Positions 1 to 11,800 of a stretch of 64,000 nucleotides of DNA are shown piece after piece. The translations under genes were made by a program, and so were the position numbers. The stretch covers positions 2,170,001 to 2,234,000 of the forward strand of contig OZ251234.1 in assembly GCA_965240325.2 (NCBI GenBank), written 5' to 3'. Source of the stretch: Rebecca billardiae RCC1528. Taxonomy: Eukaryota; Protista; Haptophyta. The notes under the pieces are model-generated. The model did no database searches. It was not told the DNA's origin and saw only the letters and a program-made list of their open reading frames with translations. Each line of letters opens with the position of its first letter. The stretch's first letter is position 1.

Positions 1-1139
1 GTCTCCTCCTTCTGCTGGGGCGTGGTGCTGCTCGGGCAGGCGCTCGCGCTGCGGCTGCTCTGGCTGCCGTACGTCGAGGACAAGGTGGGCCAGTTCGTCG
101 ACCTGCTCAGCGTCGCCAACATCTCCGCCCTCATCCTGCCGGAGCAGCAGTGCGGCTACTACTTGCACGGCCGCTCGGTGCACGCGCACGCGGACGCCTC
201 CATGCTCGAGCTCAACCGCCAGCTGCGCGCGGAGGAGGACGGCGTGACGAGCGGGCGCGGGCTCTCGCCCGTCTCGGACGTGCAGACGTTCGAGGTCTTC
301 CTCACGCGCGGGCTGCGCGAGCTGTACGACCAGAAGTTCTTGCAGGCCGCCGCGTCGGCCGCGGCGGGCGCGGCGGTGCGCGCGCGCGGCGCGCGCGCGC
401 ACCGCGATGCGCGCGCGCGCGCGGCGCGCGCGCCGCCTCCGCCGCGCGCCGCCTCTGAGCAGGCCGCGCCTCCTCCCTCCCGGCCTCCCCCCCTCCCTCG
501 CTCGCTCGCTCGTCGCGCTGCGGCGACCAGGCGGGCGGCGACCCGACGGGCACCGGCGGCCTCCGCCGCGCCGGGCGCGGCGGCGGGGCGAACCCGACCA
601 ACCTGCAGCTGCGCGGCCTCACGCTCGAGCGCGCGCGGCGCGCGGGCGACGGCTTCCGCGCCAACCCGGAGGGCGCCGTGCTGCGGTACGTGGAGATGAA
701 CGCGCTGCTCAAGGACTTCATCGACGCCAACCTGGGGCACCACGAGTACCAGATCCGCGAGAAGCTCTACGTCGAGCGCCTCTTCGGCCTGCCCCCCGAC
801 ATGACGTTTGCGCGCGACTCGCTCTTTCTGTACGACGGCGCGGGCGGCTGGACGCGCGCGCTGCTGTACGGGCGCGAGTACGACCTCGCGCTCTTCGAGG
901 TGCGCGGCGCGCGCTCGGTGCGGGTGGCGCGGCGCGCGCGCGCGCTCACGCCGCCGCCGCGCGCGCGTGCGAGCGCGCAGGTGCTCGTCTTCTCGGTCGC
1001 CGACCTCTCGATGCGCTCCGCCTTCCTCGCCGCGGCCATCACCTACCTCGTGAGCGTCGCGCTCGGCGCGCTGCGCTCCGCGCTCGGCCAGGGCAACCTC
1101 GCCAGGAAGACGCTCATCGACGATCGGTTCCTCATCTAG
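1..1139 (+). CDS. TMEM67: Meckelin (TMEM67/MKS3), C-terminal part; gene begins upstream of the window. Exons <1-375, 531-899, 981-1139
   Basis: The translation has meckelin C-terminal motifs: QFVDLLSVANIS, GYYLHGRSVHAHAD, QTFEVFL, and terminal LGQGNLARKTLIDDRFLI*. Introns 376-530 (GTGCGC..CCAG) and 900-980 (GTGCGC..GCAG) are both phase 0 and join ORFs 22..699 and 678..1139 in frame. Confidence 0.9.
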
Positions 1140-1650
1140 CCCGTAGGCTCGAGCGGCGTCAGCAAGGTCGTTGTCGTGCGACGCGCAGACGACCTTGTCC
1201 GCGATCCCGCCACCGCGGGCGCCACGCCCACCGCGAGCGCAAATCGACCAGCTGGCACAGTCCGGTCAGCGGATCAACGATCGAACTCGGCTGGTGTTAT
1301 ACTGTTATTTTGACGATAATACTTGAGAATCATGAAGTATCAGCATCATCACTAGGTTGTTCGGCCCCGCTCGTCCCGGGCGGGCGCGGCCGGCCCATCG
1401 AGCAAAGGATCATTGCGGGCACCACCGCATTGACAAGGACACGTCGCGGAGCCCCGCTCGCCTGGCAGTCGTGCCCGGGGCCGCCGGCTCACATTGACCG
1501 GCTGTGAGGCGGCTTGGAAGAGTGCTGCAAAGTGTTGTTCGGCCCCGCGCGACCATGCGCTCGAGGTCGGCGCGTTGTCATAGATAATGCAGCTGGCAGC
1601 AAGGCCAACGCCGGTCATGGCACGCGGTTGGCAAGCCACCCGCGCGCCCT

Positions 1651-1947
1651 GCACGTGCTCGAGCTGCGGCGTCATCGTCATCTCATGCTGAGCTGCCATC
1701 GTCCCTGTCTTGCCGGCAGCGGAAGGGCGAGCTCGAGCGGCGGCGCGCGGCCGCATCCGAGGCGAACGTCGGCGGATGTGCAGCGAGACGGTTCGATGCC
1801 AGCACGTGCTCGAGCTGCGGCGTCGTCATCTCACGCAGCCGCCATCGTCCCTGTCTTGCCGACAGCCGAAGGGCGAGCACGACGGCGGCGCGCGGCCCGC
1901 ATCCGAGGCGAACATCAGCGGATGTGCAGCGAGACGGTTCGATGCCG
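1651..1947. repeat. Imperfect tandem duplication, ~151-bp unit x2
   Basis: GCACGTGCTCGAGCTGCGGCGTC...GATGTGCAGCGAGACGGTTCGATGCC starts at 1651 and again at 1802. Confidence 0.8.
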
Positions 1948-2825
1948 GCTGGACGCTCGTGGAGCAGTGCATGTCCCTGCAGAGCTGGCCGTGCTCTGCG
2001 GCGGGCCGGCCGCTGCCGACGCCGACGGACGACGACGCGCCGCGGCGCTGGGACGAGCGCTGGCCGGACCATCCGAACGCCCGCGGCCGCGTCGCGCGAG
2101 CGAACGCTCGTCGACTTCGACGGCCTCCCTGCGCCCGCCGGCTCGACCGCCCCGACGACGCCGACGTCGCGAGCACGCCATCACCCAAAGGCCGAGCGCG
2201 CGGGGCGCAAGGCACGCCCGCCATCGCTTTGCGCTCGCCGCGCCCAACCACAGTCCGGACGCGGGCCGTCCGGGGAGCGCGGCAGATGTCGATCTGGCAG
2301 ATGTCGATCTGGTGCTTAGTCCCGAAAAAGTCTGAAAGAGTCTGAAAGATGCAGATTTCGGCAGATTTTTTGGCAGTCCGGGTCACTTTTGCGCACTTCG
2401 GCCCGAGCGAGCGAGTCGCGCTTCAGTAGACTGCAGATCAGCATCATTCGTGCAAGTCGTGCCGTTAAAAATAGCGCACGCGCGTAACGGTCATCTAAAA
2501 AAAGCCGACGTCGAGTCGACGCGTCAAAAATCATCTGCTATGAGAAGTGTTTCAGATTCGGCAAGGGTGCGGGTACCCCGCACATTCATTAGCCGTGTGA
2601 GTACGAATTTCCCCACTTTGTGATATGGCGTCCGAGCCCCGACCATGATTATGCCGTGCCGATTGGGTCGCCGCGTGACGTTCGCTCGCGGCTCGACGCT
2701 CGGCGGGAACGACCGAACAAGGCTCCCAGCGCGGGCGAGCGACCCGACAAGAAGACTTCCCCTCGCCGAGGGGAGGGGACCTCATTCGAGGGTAGCAAGC
2801 CGCGCATCGAGCCACGACGGTGACG

Positions 2826-5800
2826 ATGAGCGGCACGCGCGCGCCCAAGGCGCCGAGGTGCTGGCTGGCTCTCGCCGTGCTCATCATCGTGAGCATCCTC
2901 CTCCCGTTGGCTTGTGCAGACACGAGCGGTGCTGCTCGCGCGGCGTCCGGGCCGAACCGGGCGCATGAGGCAGCGGCAAGGTGCGCGCATTGCGCGCGGC
3001 TCCGTGCTGTGCGCGTGCTGCCCTGCCCGGATGCGCGTGTGGCGTGAGGCGCGGTGTGCGTGCCAGACCAGTGCACGTACCCATGCCACGCTCGTGATGG
3101 GCTGCGTACCTCACAATGTGCCCCGCGCCCGCGCCGCTCGTTGTGCTCTGCTTCTTGTGACATGCATCGGTCCGTCATCAGCTGGTCTGACGAGGGCAAG
3201 GGTGCGCAGAGGCGCCGGCTGGCTGGTGCTCCGCCAATGATGGGTGCTCCGCCGATGATGGACGTGCCGCCGTCGCCGCCACCTTCGCCGCCGCCATCCA
3301 CTGCCGCCCCGCCGACGGGCGGTGCGCCGCCGACGACATCGACGCCGTTGCCGCCGCCCTCTCCGCCGCCATCCCCGCCGCCTTCGCCGCCGCCGTCCCC
3401 ACCGCCTTCGCCGCCGCCATCCACTGCCGCGCCGCCAACAGGCGGGGCGCCGCCGACGACATCGACACCGGTGCCGCCGCCCTCTCCGCCGCCGTCCCCT
3501 CCGCCTTCCCCGCCGCCGTCGGGCGGGTCGCCTCCTGCGTCCACGCCACCGCCGCCCAAGAGCGGGTCGCCTCCTGCGTCCACGCCACCGCCGCCGTCGG
3601 GCGGGTCGCCTCCTGCTTCCACGCCTCCGCCGCCGTCGGGCGGGTCGCCTCCTGCGTCCACGCCACCGCCGCCGTCGGGCGGGTCGCCTCCTGTGTCCAC
3701 GCCACCGCCGCCGTCGGGCGGGTCGCCTCCTGCGTCCACGCCACCGCCGCCGTCGGGCGGGTCGCCTCCTGCTTCCACGCCTCCGCCGCCGTCGGGCGGG
3801 TCGCCTCCTGCGTCCACGCCTCCGCCGCCGTCGGGCGGGTCGCCTCCTGCTTCCACGCCTCCGCCGCCCAAGAGCGGGTCGCCTCCTGCGTCCACGCCAC
3901 CGCCGCCGTCGGGCGGGTCGCCTCCTGTGTCCACGCCACCGCCGCCGTCGGGCGGGTCGCCTCCTGCGTCCACGCCTCCGCCGCCCAAGAGCGGGTCGCC
4001 TCCTGCGTCCACGCCTCCGCCGCCGTCGGGCGGGTCGCCTCCTGCGTCCACGCCTCCGCCGCCGTCGGGCGGGTCGCCTCCTGCGTCCACGCCACCGCCG
4101 CCGTCGGGCGGGTCGCCTCCTGCGTCCACGCCTCCGCCGCCCAAGAGCGGGTCGCCTCCTGCTTCCACGCCTCCGCCGCCGTCGGGCGGGTCGCCTCCTG
4201 TGTCCACGCCACCGCCGCCGTCGGGCGGGTCGCCTCCTGCGTCCACGCCTCCGCCGCCCAAGAGCGGGTCGCCTCCTGCTTCCACGCCTCCGCCGCCGTC
4301 GGGCGGGTCGCCTCCTGCGTCCACGCCTCCGCCGCCGTCGGGCGGGTCGCCTCCTGCGTCCACGCCACCGCCGCCGTCGGGCGGGTCGCCTCCTGCTTCC
4401 ACGCCTCCGCCGCCGTCGGGCGGGTCGCCTCCTGTGTCCACGCCACCGCCGCCGTCGGGCGGGTCGCCTCCTGCGTCCACGCCTCCGCCGCCCAAGAGCG
4501 GGTCGCCTCCTGCGTCCACGCCTCCGCCGCCCAAGAGCGGGTCGCCTCCTGCGTCCACGCCTCCGCCGCCGTCGGGCGGGTCGCCTCCTGCTTCCACGCC
4601 TCCGCCGCCCAAGAGCGGGTCGCCTCCTGCGTCCACGCCACCGCCGCCGTCGGGCGGGTCGCCTCCTGTGTCCACGCCACCGCCGCCGTCGGGCGGGTCG
4701 CCTCCTGCGTCCACGCCTCCGCCGCCCAAGAGCGGGTCGCCTCCTGCTTCCACGCCTCCGCCGCCGTCGGGCGGGTCGCCTCCTGCTTCCACGCCTCCGC
4801 CGCCCAAGAGCGGGTCGCCTCCTGCGTCCACGCCACCGCCGCCGTCGGGCGGGTCGCCTCCTGTGTCCACGCCACCGCCGCCGTCGGGCGGGTCGCCTCC
4901 TGCTTCCACGCCTCCGCCGCCCAAGAGCGGGTCGCCTCCTGCGTCCACGCCACCGCCGCCGTCGGGCGGGTCGCCTCCTGTGTCCACGCCACCGCCGCCG
5001 TCGGGCGGGTCGCCTCCTGCGTCCACGCCTCCGCCGCCCAAGAGCGGGTCGCCTCCTGCTTCCACGCCTCCGCCGCCGTCGGGCGGGTCGCCTCCTGCGT
5101 CCACGCCACCGCCGCCGTCGGGCGGGTCGCCTCCTGCGTCCACGCCTCCGCCGCCGTCGGGCGGGTCGCCTCCTGCTTCCACGCCTCCGCCGCCGTCGGG
5201 CGGGTCGCCTCCTGCTTCCACGCCACCGCCGCCGTCGGGCGGGTCGCCTCCTGCGTCCACGCCACCGCCGCCGTCGGGCGGGTCGCCTCCTGCGTCCACG
5301 CCTCCGCCGCCGTCGGGCGGGTCGCCTCCTGCTTCCACGCCTCCGCCGCCGTCGGGCGGGTCGCCTCCTGCGTCCACGCCTCCGCCGCCGTCGGGCGGGT
5401 CGCCTCCTGCTTCCACGCCTCCGCCGCCCAAGAGCGGGTCGCCTCCTGCGTCCACGCCACCGCCGCCGTCGGGCGGGTCGCCTCCTGTGTCCACGCCACC
5501 GCCGCCGTCGGGCGGGTCGCCTCCTGCGTCCACGCCTCCGCCGCCCAAGAGCGGGTCGCCTCCTGCTTCCACGCCTCCGCCGCCGTCGGGCGGGTCGCCT
5601 CCTGCGTCCACGCCACCGCCGCCGTCGGGCGGGTCGCCTCCTGCGTCCACGCCACCGCCGCCGTCGGGCGGGTCGCCTCCTGCTTCCACGCCTCCGCCGC
5701 CCAAGAGCGGGTCGCCTCCTGCGTCCACGCCTCCGCCGCCCAAGAGCGGGTCGCCTCCTGCTTCCACGCCACCGCCGCCGTCGGGCGGGTCGCCTCCTGC

Positions 5801-8800
5801 GTCCACGCCACCGCCGCCGTCGGGCGGGTCGCCTCCTGCGTCCACGCCTCCGCCGCCCAAGAGCGGGTCGCCTCCTGCTTCCACGCCTCCGCCGCCGTCG
5901 GGCGGGTCGCCTCCTGCGTCCACGCCACCACCGCCGTCGGGCGGGTCGCCTCCTGCTTCCACGCCACCGCCGCCGTCGGGCGGGTCGCCTCCTGCTTCCA
6001 CGCCTCCGCCGCCGTCGGGCGGGTCGCCTCCTGCGTCCACGCCACCGCCGCCGTCGGGCGGGTCGCCTCCTGCTTCCACGCCACCGCCGCCGTCGGGCGG
6101 GTCGCCTCCTGCTTCCACGCCACCGCCGCCGTCGGGCGGGTCGCCTCCTGCGTCCACGCCTCCGCCGCCGTCGGGCGGGTCGCCTCCTGCGTCCACGCCT
6201 CCGCCGCCCAAGAGCGGGTCGCCTCCTGCGTCCACGCCTCCGCCGCCGTCGGGCGGGTCGCCTCCTGCGTCCACGCCTCCGCCGCCGTCGGGCGGGTCGC
6301 CTCCTGCGTCCACGCCTCCGCCGCCGTCGGGCGGGTCGCCTCCTGCTTCCACGCCTCCGCCGCCGTCGGGCATTGCACCGCCTATTGCCCCGGAGGCAAC
6401 TCCTCCGGGGCTGCCGCCGAGCAATCCACCGCCAAGCCCATCCCCTTCGAGCCCGCCGCCGCCGAGCCCACTGCCGCCCAGCCCGCCGCCGCCCAGCCCG
6501 CCACCACCGAGCCCGCCGCCGGAGGAATCTCCGCCGCCCCCACCGCCACCCAACTCGCCGCCCCGCGCGCCTCCGCCCAGCTCACCGCCGCCGAGCCCGC
6601 CGCCTCCGAGCCCGCCGCCGCCAGCCTCGCCGCCCCCACCGCCGCCCACGCCGCCACCCAGCCCACCACCGACCCCGCCGCCGCCCAGCCCGCCGCCGCC
6701 GAGCCCGCCGCCGCCCAGCCCGCCGCCGCCGAGCCCGCCTCCGCCAGGCTCACCGCTGCCGCCGAGCAAGCCACCGCCAAGCCCATTCCCGTCGAGCCCA
6801 CCGAGCCCGCTGCCGCCGAGTCCGCCGCCGCCCAGCCCGCCGCCACCGAGCCCGCCGCCGGAGGAATCTCCGCCGCCCCCACCGCCACCCAACTCGCCGC
6901 CCCGCGCGCCGCCGCCCAGTTCACCGCCGCCGAGCCCGCCGCCGCCAAGCCCGCCGCCGCCAAGCCCGCCGCCGCCAGCCTCGCCGCCGCCACCGCCGCC
7001 CACGCCGCCGCCCAGCCCACCACCGACCCCGCCGCCGCCCAGCCCAAAACCGCCGAGCCCGCCGCCGCCGAGCCCACTGCCGCCGAGCCCGCCGCCGCCC
7101 AGCCCGCCGCCGCCGAGCCCGCCGCCGGAGGACTCCTCACCGCCCCCACCGCCACCCAACTCGCCGCCCCGCGCGCCGCCGCCCAGCTCACCGCCGCCGA
7201 GCCCGCCGCCGCCAAGCCCGCCGCCGCCAGCCTCGCCGCCGCCACCGCCGCCCACGCCGCCGCCCAGCCCACCACCGACCCCGCCGCCGCCCAGCCCAAA
7301 ACCGCCGAGCCCGCCGCCGCCGAGCCCACTGCCGCCGAGCCCGCCGCCGCCCAGCCCGCCGCCGCCGAGCCCGCCGCCGGAGGACTCCTCACCGCCCCCA
7401 CCGCCACCCAACTCGCCGCCCCGCGCGCCGCCGCCCAGCTCACCGCCGCCGAGCCCGCCGCCGCCGAGCCCGCCTCCGCCAGCCTCGCCTCCGCCACCGC
7501 CGCCCACGCCGCCGCCCAGCCCACCACCGACGCCGCCGCCGCCCAGCCCACAGCCGCCGAGCCCGCCGCCGCCGAGCCCACTGCCGCCCAGCCCGCCGCC
7601 GCCCAGCCCACCACCACCGAGCCCGCCGCCGGAGGGCTCACCGCCACCGCCACCGCCACCCAACTCGCCGCCCCGCTCGCCGCCGCCCAGCTCACCGCCG
7701 CCGAGCCCGCCGCCGCCGAGCCCGCCGCCGCCAGCCTCGCCGCCGCCACCGCCGCCCACGCCGCCGCCCAGCCCACCACCGACGCCGCCGCCGCCCAGCC
7801 CACAACCGCCGAGCCCGCCGCCGCCGAGCCCACTGCCGCCCAGCCCGCCGCCACCCAGCCCGCCGCCGCCGAGCCCGCCGCCGGAGGGCTCACCGCCGCC
7901 TCCACCGCCACCCAACTCGCCGCCCCGCTCGCCGCCGCCCAGCTCACCGCCGCCGAGCCCGCCGCCGCCGAGCCCGCCGCCGCCAGCCTCGCCGCCGCCA
8001 CCGCCGCCCACGCCGCCGCCCAGCCCACCACCGACGCCGCCGCCGCCCAGCCCACAGCCGCCGAGCCCGCCGCCGCCGAGCCCACTGCCGCCCAGCCCGC
8101 CGCCGCCCAGCCCACCACCACCGAGCCCGCCGCCGGAGGGCTCACCGCCACCGCCACCGCCACCCAACTCGCCGCCCCGCTCGCCGCCGCCCAGCTCACC
8201 GCCGCCGAGCCCGCCGCCGCCGAGCCCGCCGCCGCCAGCCTCGCCGCCGCCACCGCCGCCCACGCCACCGCCCAGGAGCCCGCCGCCGCCCAGCCCACTG
8301 CCGCCGAGCCCACCGCCGCCACCGCCGCCCGCACCGCCACCCAACCCACCACCGGCCCCGCCGCCGCCGAGCCCACTGCCGCCGAGCCCGCCGCCGCCCA
8401 GCCCGCCGCCGCCGAGCCCGCCGCCGGAGGGCTCACCGCCACCGCCACCGCCACCCAACTCGCCGCCCCGCGCGCCGCCGCCCAGCTCACCGCCGCCGAG
8501 CCCGCCGCCGCCGAGCCCGCCGCCGCCAGCCTCGCCGCCGCCACCGCCGCCCACGCCGCCGCCCAGCCCACCACCGACCCCGCCGCCGCCTAGCCCGCCA
8601 CCGCCGAGCCCACTGCCGCCACCACCACCCATGCCGCCGCCCAATCCACCACCGACCCCGCCGCCGCCGAGCCCACAGCCGCCGAGCCCGCCGCCGCCGA
8701 GCCCACTGCCGCCGAGCCCGCCGCCGCCCAGCCCGCCGCCACCGAGCCCGCCGCCGGAGGGCTCACCGCCACCGCCACCGCCACCCAACTCGCCGCCCCG

Positions 8801-11800
8801 CGCGCCGCCGCCCAGCTCACCGCCGCCGAGCCCGCCGCCGCCGAGCCCGCCGCCGCCAGCCTCGCCGCCGCCACCGCCGCCCACGCCGCCGCCCAGCCCA
8901 CCACCGACCCCGCCGCCGCCTAGCCCGCCACCGCCGAGCCCACTGCCGCCACCACCACCCATGCCGCCGCCCAATCCACCACCGACCCCGCCGCCGCCGA
9001 GCCCACAGCCGCCGAGCCCGCCGCCGCCGAGCCCACTGCCGCCGAGCCCGCCGCCGCCCAGCCCGCCGCCACCGAGCCCGCCGCCGGAGGGCTCGCCGCC
9101 ACCGCCACCGCCACCCAACTCGCCGCCCCGCGCGCCGCCGCCCAGCTCACCGCCGCCGAGCCCGCCGCCGCCGAGCCCGCCGCCGCCAGCCTCGCCGCCG
9201 CCACCGCCGCCCACGCCGCCGCCCAGCCCACCACCGACCCCGCCGCCGCCTAGCCCGCCACCGCCGAGCCCACTGCCGCCACCACCACCCATGCCGCCGC
9301 CCAATCCACCACCGACCCCGCCGCCGCCGAGCCCACAGCCGCCGAGCCCGCCGCCGCCGAGCCCACTGCCGCCGAGCCCGCCGCCGCCCAGCCCGCCGCC
9401 ACCGAGCCCGCCGCCGGAGGGCTCGCCGCCACCGCCACCGCCACCCAACTCACCGCCCCGCGCGCCGCCGCCCAGCTCACCGCCGCCGAGCTCGCCGCCG
9501 CCGAGCCCGCCGCCGCCAGCCTCGCCGCCGCCGAGCTCGCCACCGCCGCCGCCCCCGAGCCCGCCGCCAAGCCCGCCGCCATCAAGCTCACCGCCGCCGC
9601 CGCCGCCGCCCACACCGCCGCCCAGCCCGCCGCCGAGCCCACTGCCGCCGAGCCCGCCGCCTCCCAGCCCACCACCGCCGAGCCCGCCGCCGCCGAGCTT
9701 GCCGCCGCCAAGCTCGCCACCGCCACCGCTCCCGAGCCCGCCGCCGAGCCCGCCGCCAGCAAGTCCACCGCCGCCACCGCCACCTGCGCCGCCGCCCAGC
9801 CCGCCACCGAGCCCGCCGCCTCCCAGCCCGCCGCCTCCCAGCCCGCCGCCGCCGAGCCCACTGCCGCCGAGCCCCCCGCCGCCGAGCTCGCCACCGCCGC
9901 CGCCCCCGAGCCCGCCGCCACGCCCGCCACCGCGCCCGCCGCCGCCCCCGCCGCCAAGCCCGCCGCCAAGCCCGCCACCGCGCCCGCCGCCGCCCCCGCC
10001 GCCAAGCCCGCCGCCAAGCCCGCCGCCGCCGAGCTCGCCTCCCCCGCCGCCTCCGCCCGCCCCGCCCCCGAGCCCGCCGCCGCCGCCTCGCACCGAGCCG
10101 CTGCCGCCGCCGAGCCCGCCGAGCCCGCCGCCGAGCCCGCCGCCACCCAGCCCTCCGCCGCCGCCGCCACCGTCGAAGCCGCCCTCCCCGCCACCGAGCC
10201 CGCCGCCACCAAGCCCTCCCCCACCGAGCCCGCCGCCGCCGAGCCCGCCGCCGCCCAGCCTGCCGCCGCCGAGCTCGCCGCCGCCGCCGCCGCCAACACC
10301 GCCACCGAGCCCGCCGCCAAGCCCACCGCCGCCACCACCGCCCAGCCCACCGCCCTCGCCGCCACCCTTGCCACCGCCGTCGCTGCCACCGCCGCCGCCG
10401 CCGTCGCCGCCTCCTTCGCCGCCGCCGCCCTACCCGCCGCCACCCTCGCCACCGCCTTCGCCGCCGCCGCCGCCGCCGCCGTCGCCGCCTCCTTCGCCGC
10501 CGCCGCCCTACCCGCCGCCCCCCTCGCCGCCCCCGCCAAGCCCGCCGCCCTTGCCGCAGCCGACGCCCCCGCCCACGCCGCCTCCAAGCCTGCCGCCACC
10601 GTCCTCGCCACCGCCGCCACCGCCGAGCCCCCCACCCTCGCCCCCGCCACGGCCGCCGCCGCCGCCTCCGAGCCCGCCGCCGAGCCCGCCGCCGAGCCCG
10701 CCGCCGCCGAACTCGCCACCGCCGCCGCCTCCGAACCCGCCGCCGAGCCCGCCGCCGTCATCGCCGCCGGCCCCCCCGCCGTCGTCACCGCCGTCGCCGC
10801 CGCCGAGCCCGCCGCCGTCGCCACCGCCGTCGCCACCGCCGAGCCCGCCGCCGAGCCCGCCGCCCTCGCCACCGCCCTCGCCACCGCCGAGCTCACCGCC
10901 TCCACCGCCTCCGGCGCCGCCCCCGAGTCCGCCGCCGCCGCCGCGCACCGAGCCCTTCCCACCTCCGAGCCCGCCGAGTTCGCCGCCCCCTCCGCCACCG
11001 CCGAGCCCGCCGCCCTCGCCACCGCCGCCGCCGCCGCCATCGGCGCCGCCCTCGCCGCCGAGCCCGCCGCCGCCGCCGCCGCCGACGCCACCACCGAGCC
11101 CACCCCCACCGAGTCCGCCGCCACCCAGCCCGCCGCCGCCAAGCCCGCCGCCGCCGAGGCCGCCGCCGCCGAGCTCGCCGCCGCCGCCACCGCCGACGCC
11201 ACCGCCGAGCCCGCCTCCGAGCCCGCCGCCGCCACCGCCGCCGAACCCGCCGCCGAGCCCACCTCCCTCGCAGCCGCCGTCGCCGCCGCCAAGCCAGCCG
11301 CCGCCGCCGCCACCGTCGCCGCCGCCGAGCCCGCCGCCGCCGCCCCCGCCGACGCCGCCGCCGAGCCCGCCTCCGAGCTCGCCGCCGCCACCGCCACCGA
11401 ACCCGCCGCCGAGCCCACCTCCGGCGCAGCCGCCGTCGCCGCCGCCAAGCCAGCCGCCGCCGCCACCACCGTCGCCGCCGCCGAGCCCGCCCCCGCCGCC
11501 ACCGCCGACGCCACCGCCGAGCCCGCCTCCGAGCCCGCCGCCGCCACCGCCACCGAACCCGCCGCCGAGCCCACCTCCGGCGCAGCCGCCGTCGCCGCCG
11601 CCAAGCCAGCCGCCGCCGCCGCCACCGTCGCCGCCGCCGAGCCCGCCGCCGCCGCCGCCACCGTTGCCTCCGCCTTCGCCTCCGCCGAGTCCGCCGCCGC
11701 TGCCGCCACCGTCGCCGCCGCCGAGCCCGCCGCCGCCGCCACCGCCGACGCCACTGCCGAGCCCGCCTCCGAGCCCGCCGCCGCCACCGCCACCGAACCC

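Noticed and set aside
1290-2560. Possible TIR element between meckelin and the giant gene (TTTTGACG / CGTCAAAA; short internal duplications)
   Set aside because: The inverted match is only 8 bp with no TSD, so boundaries cannot be supported.
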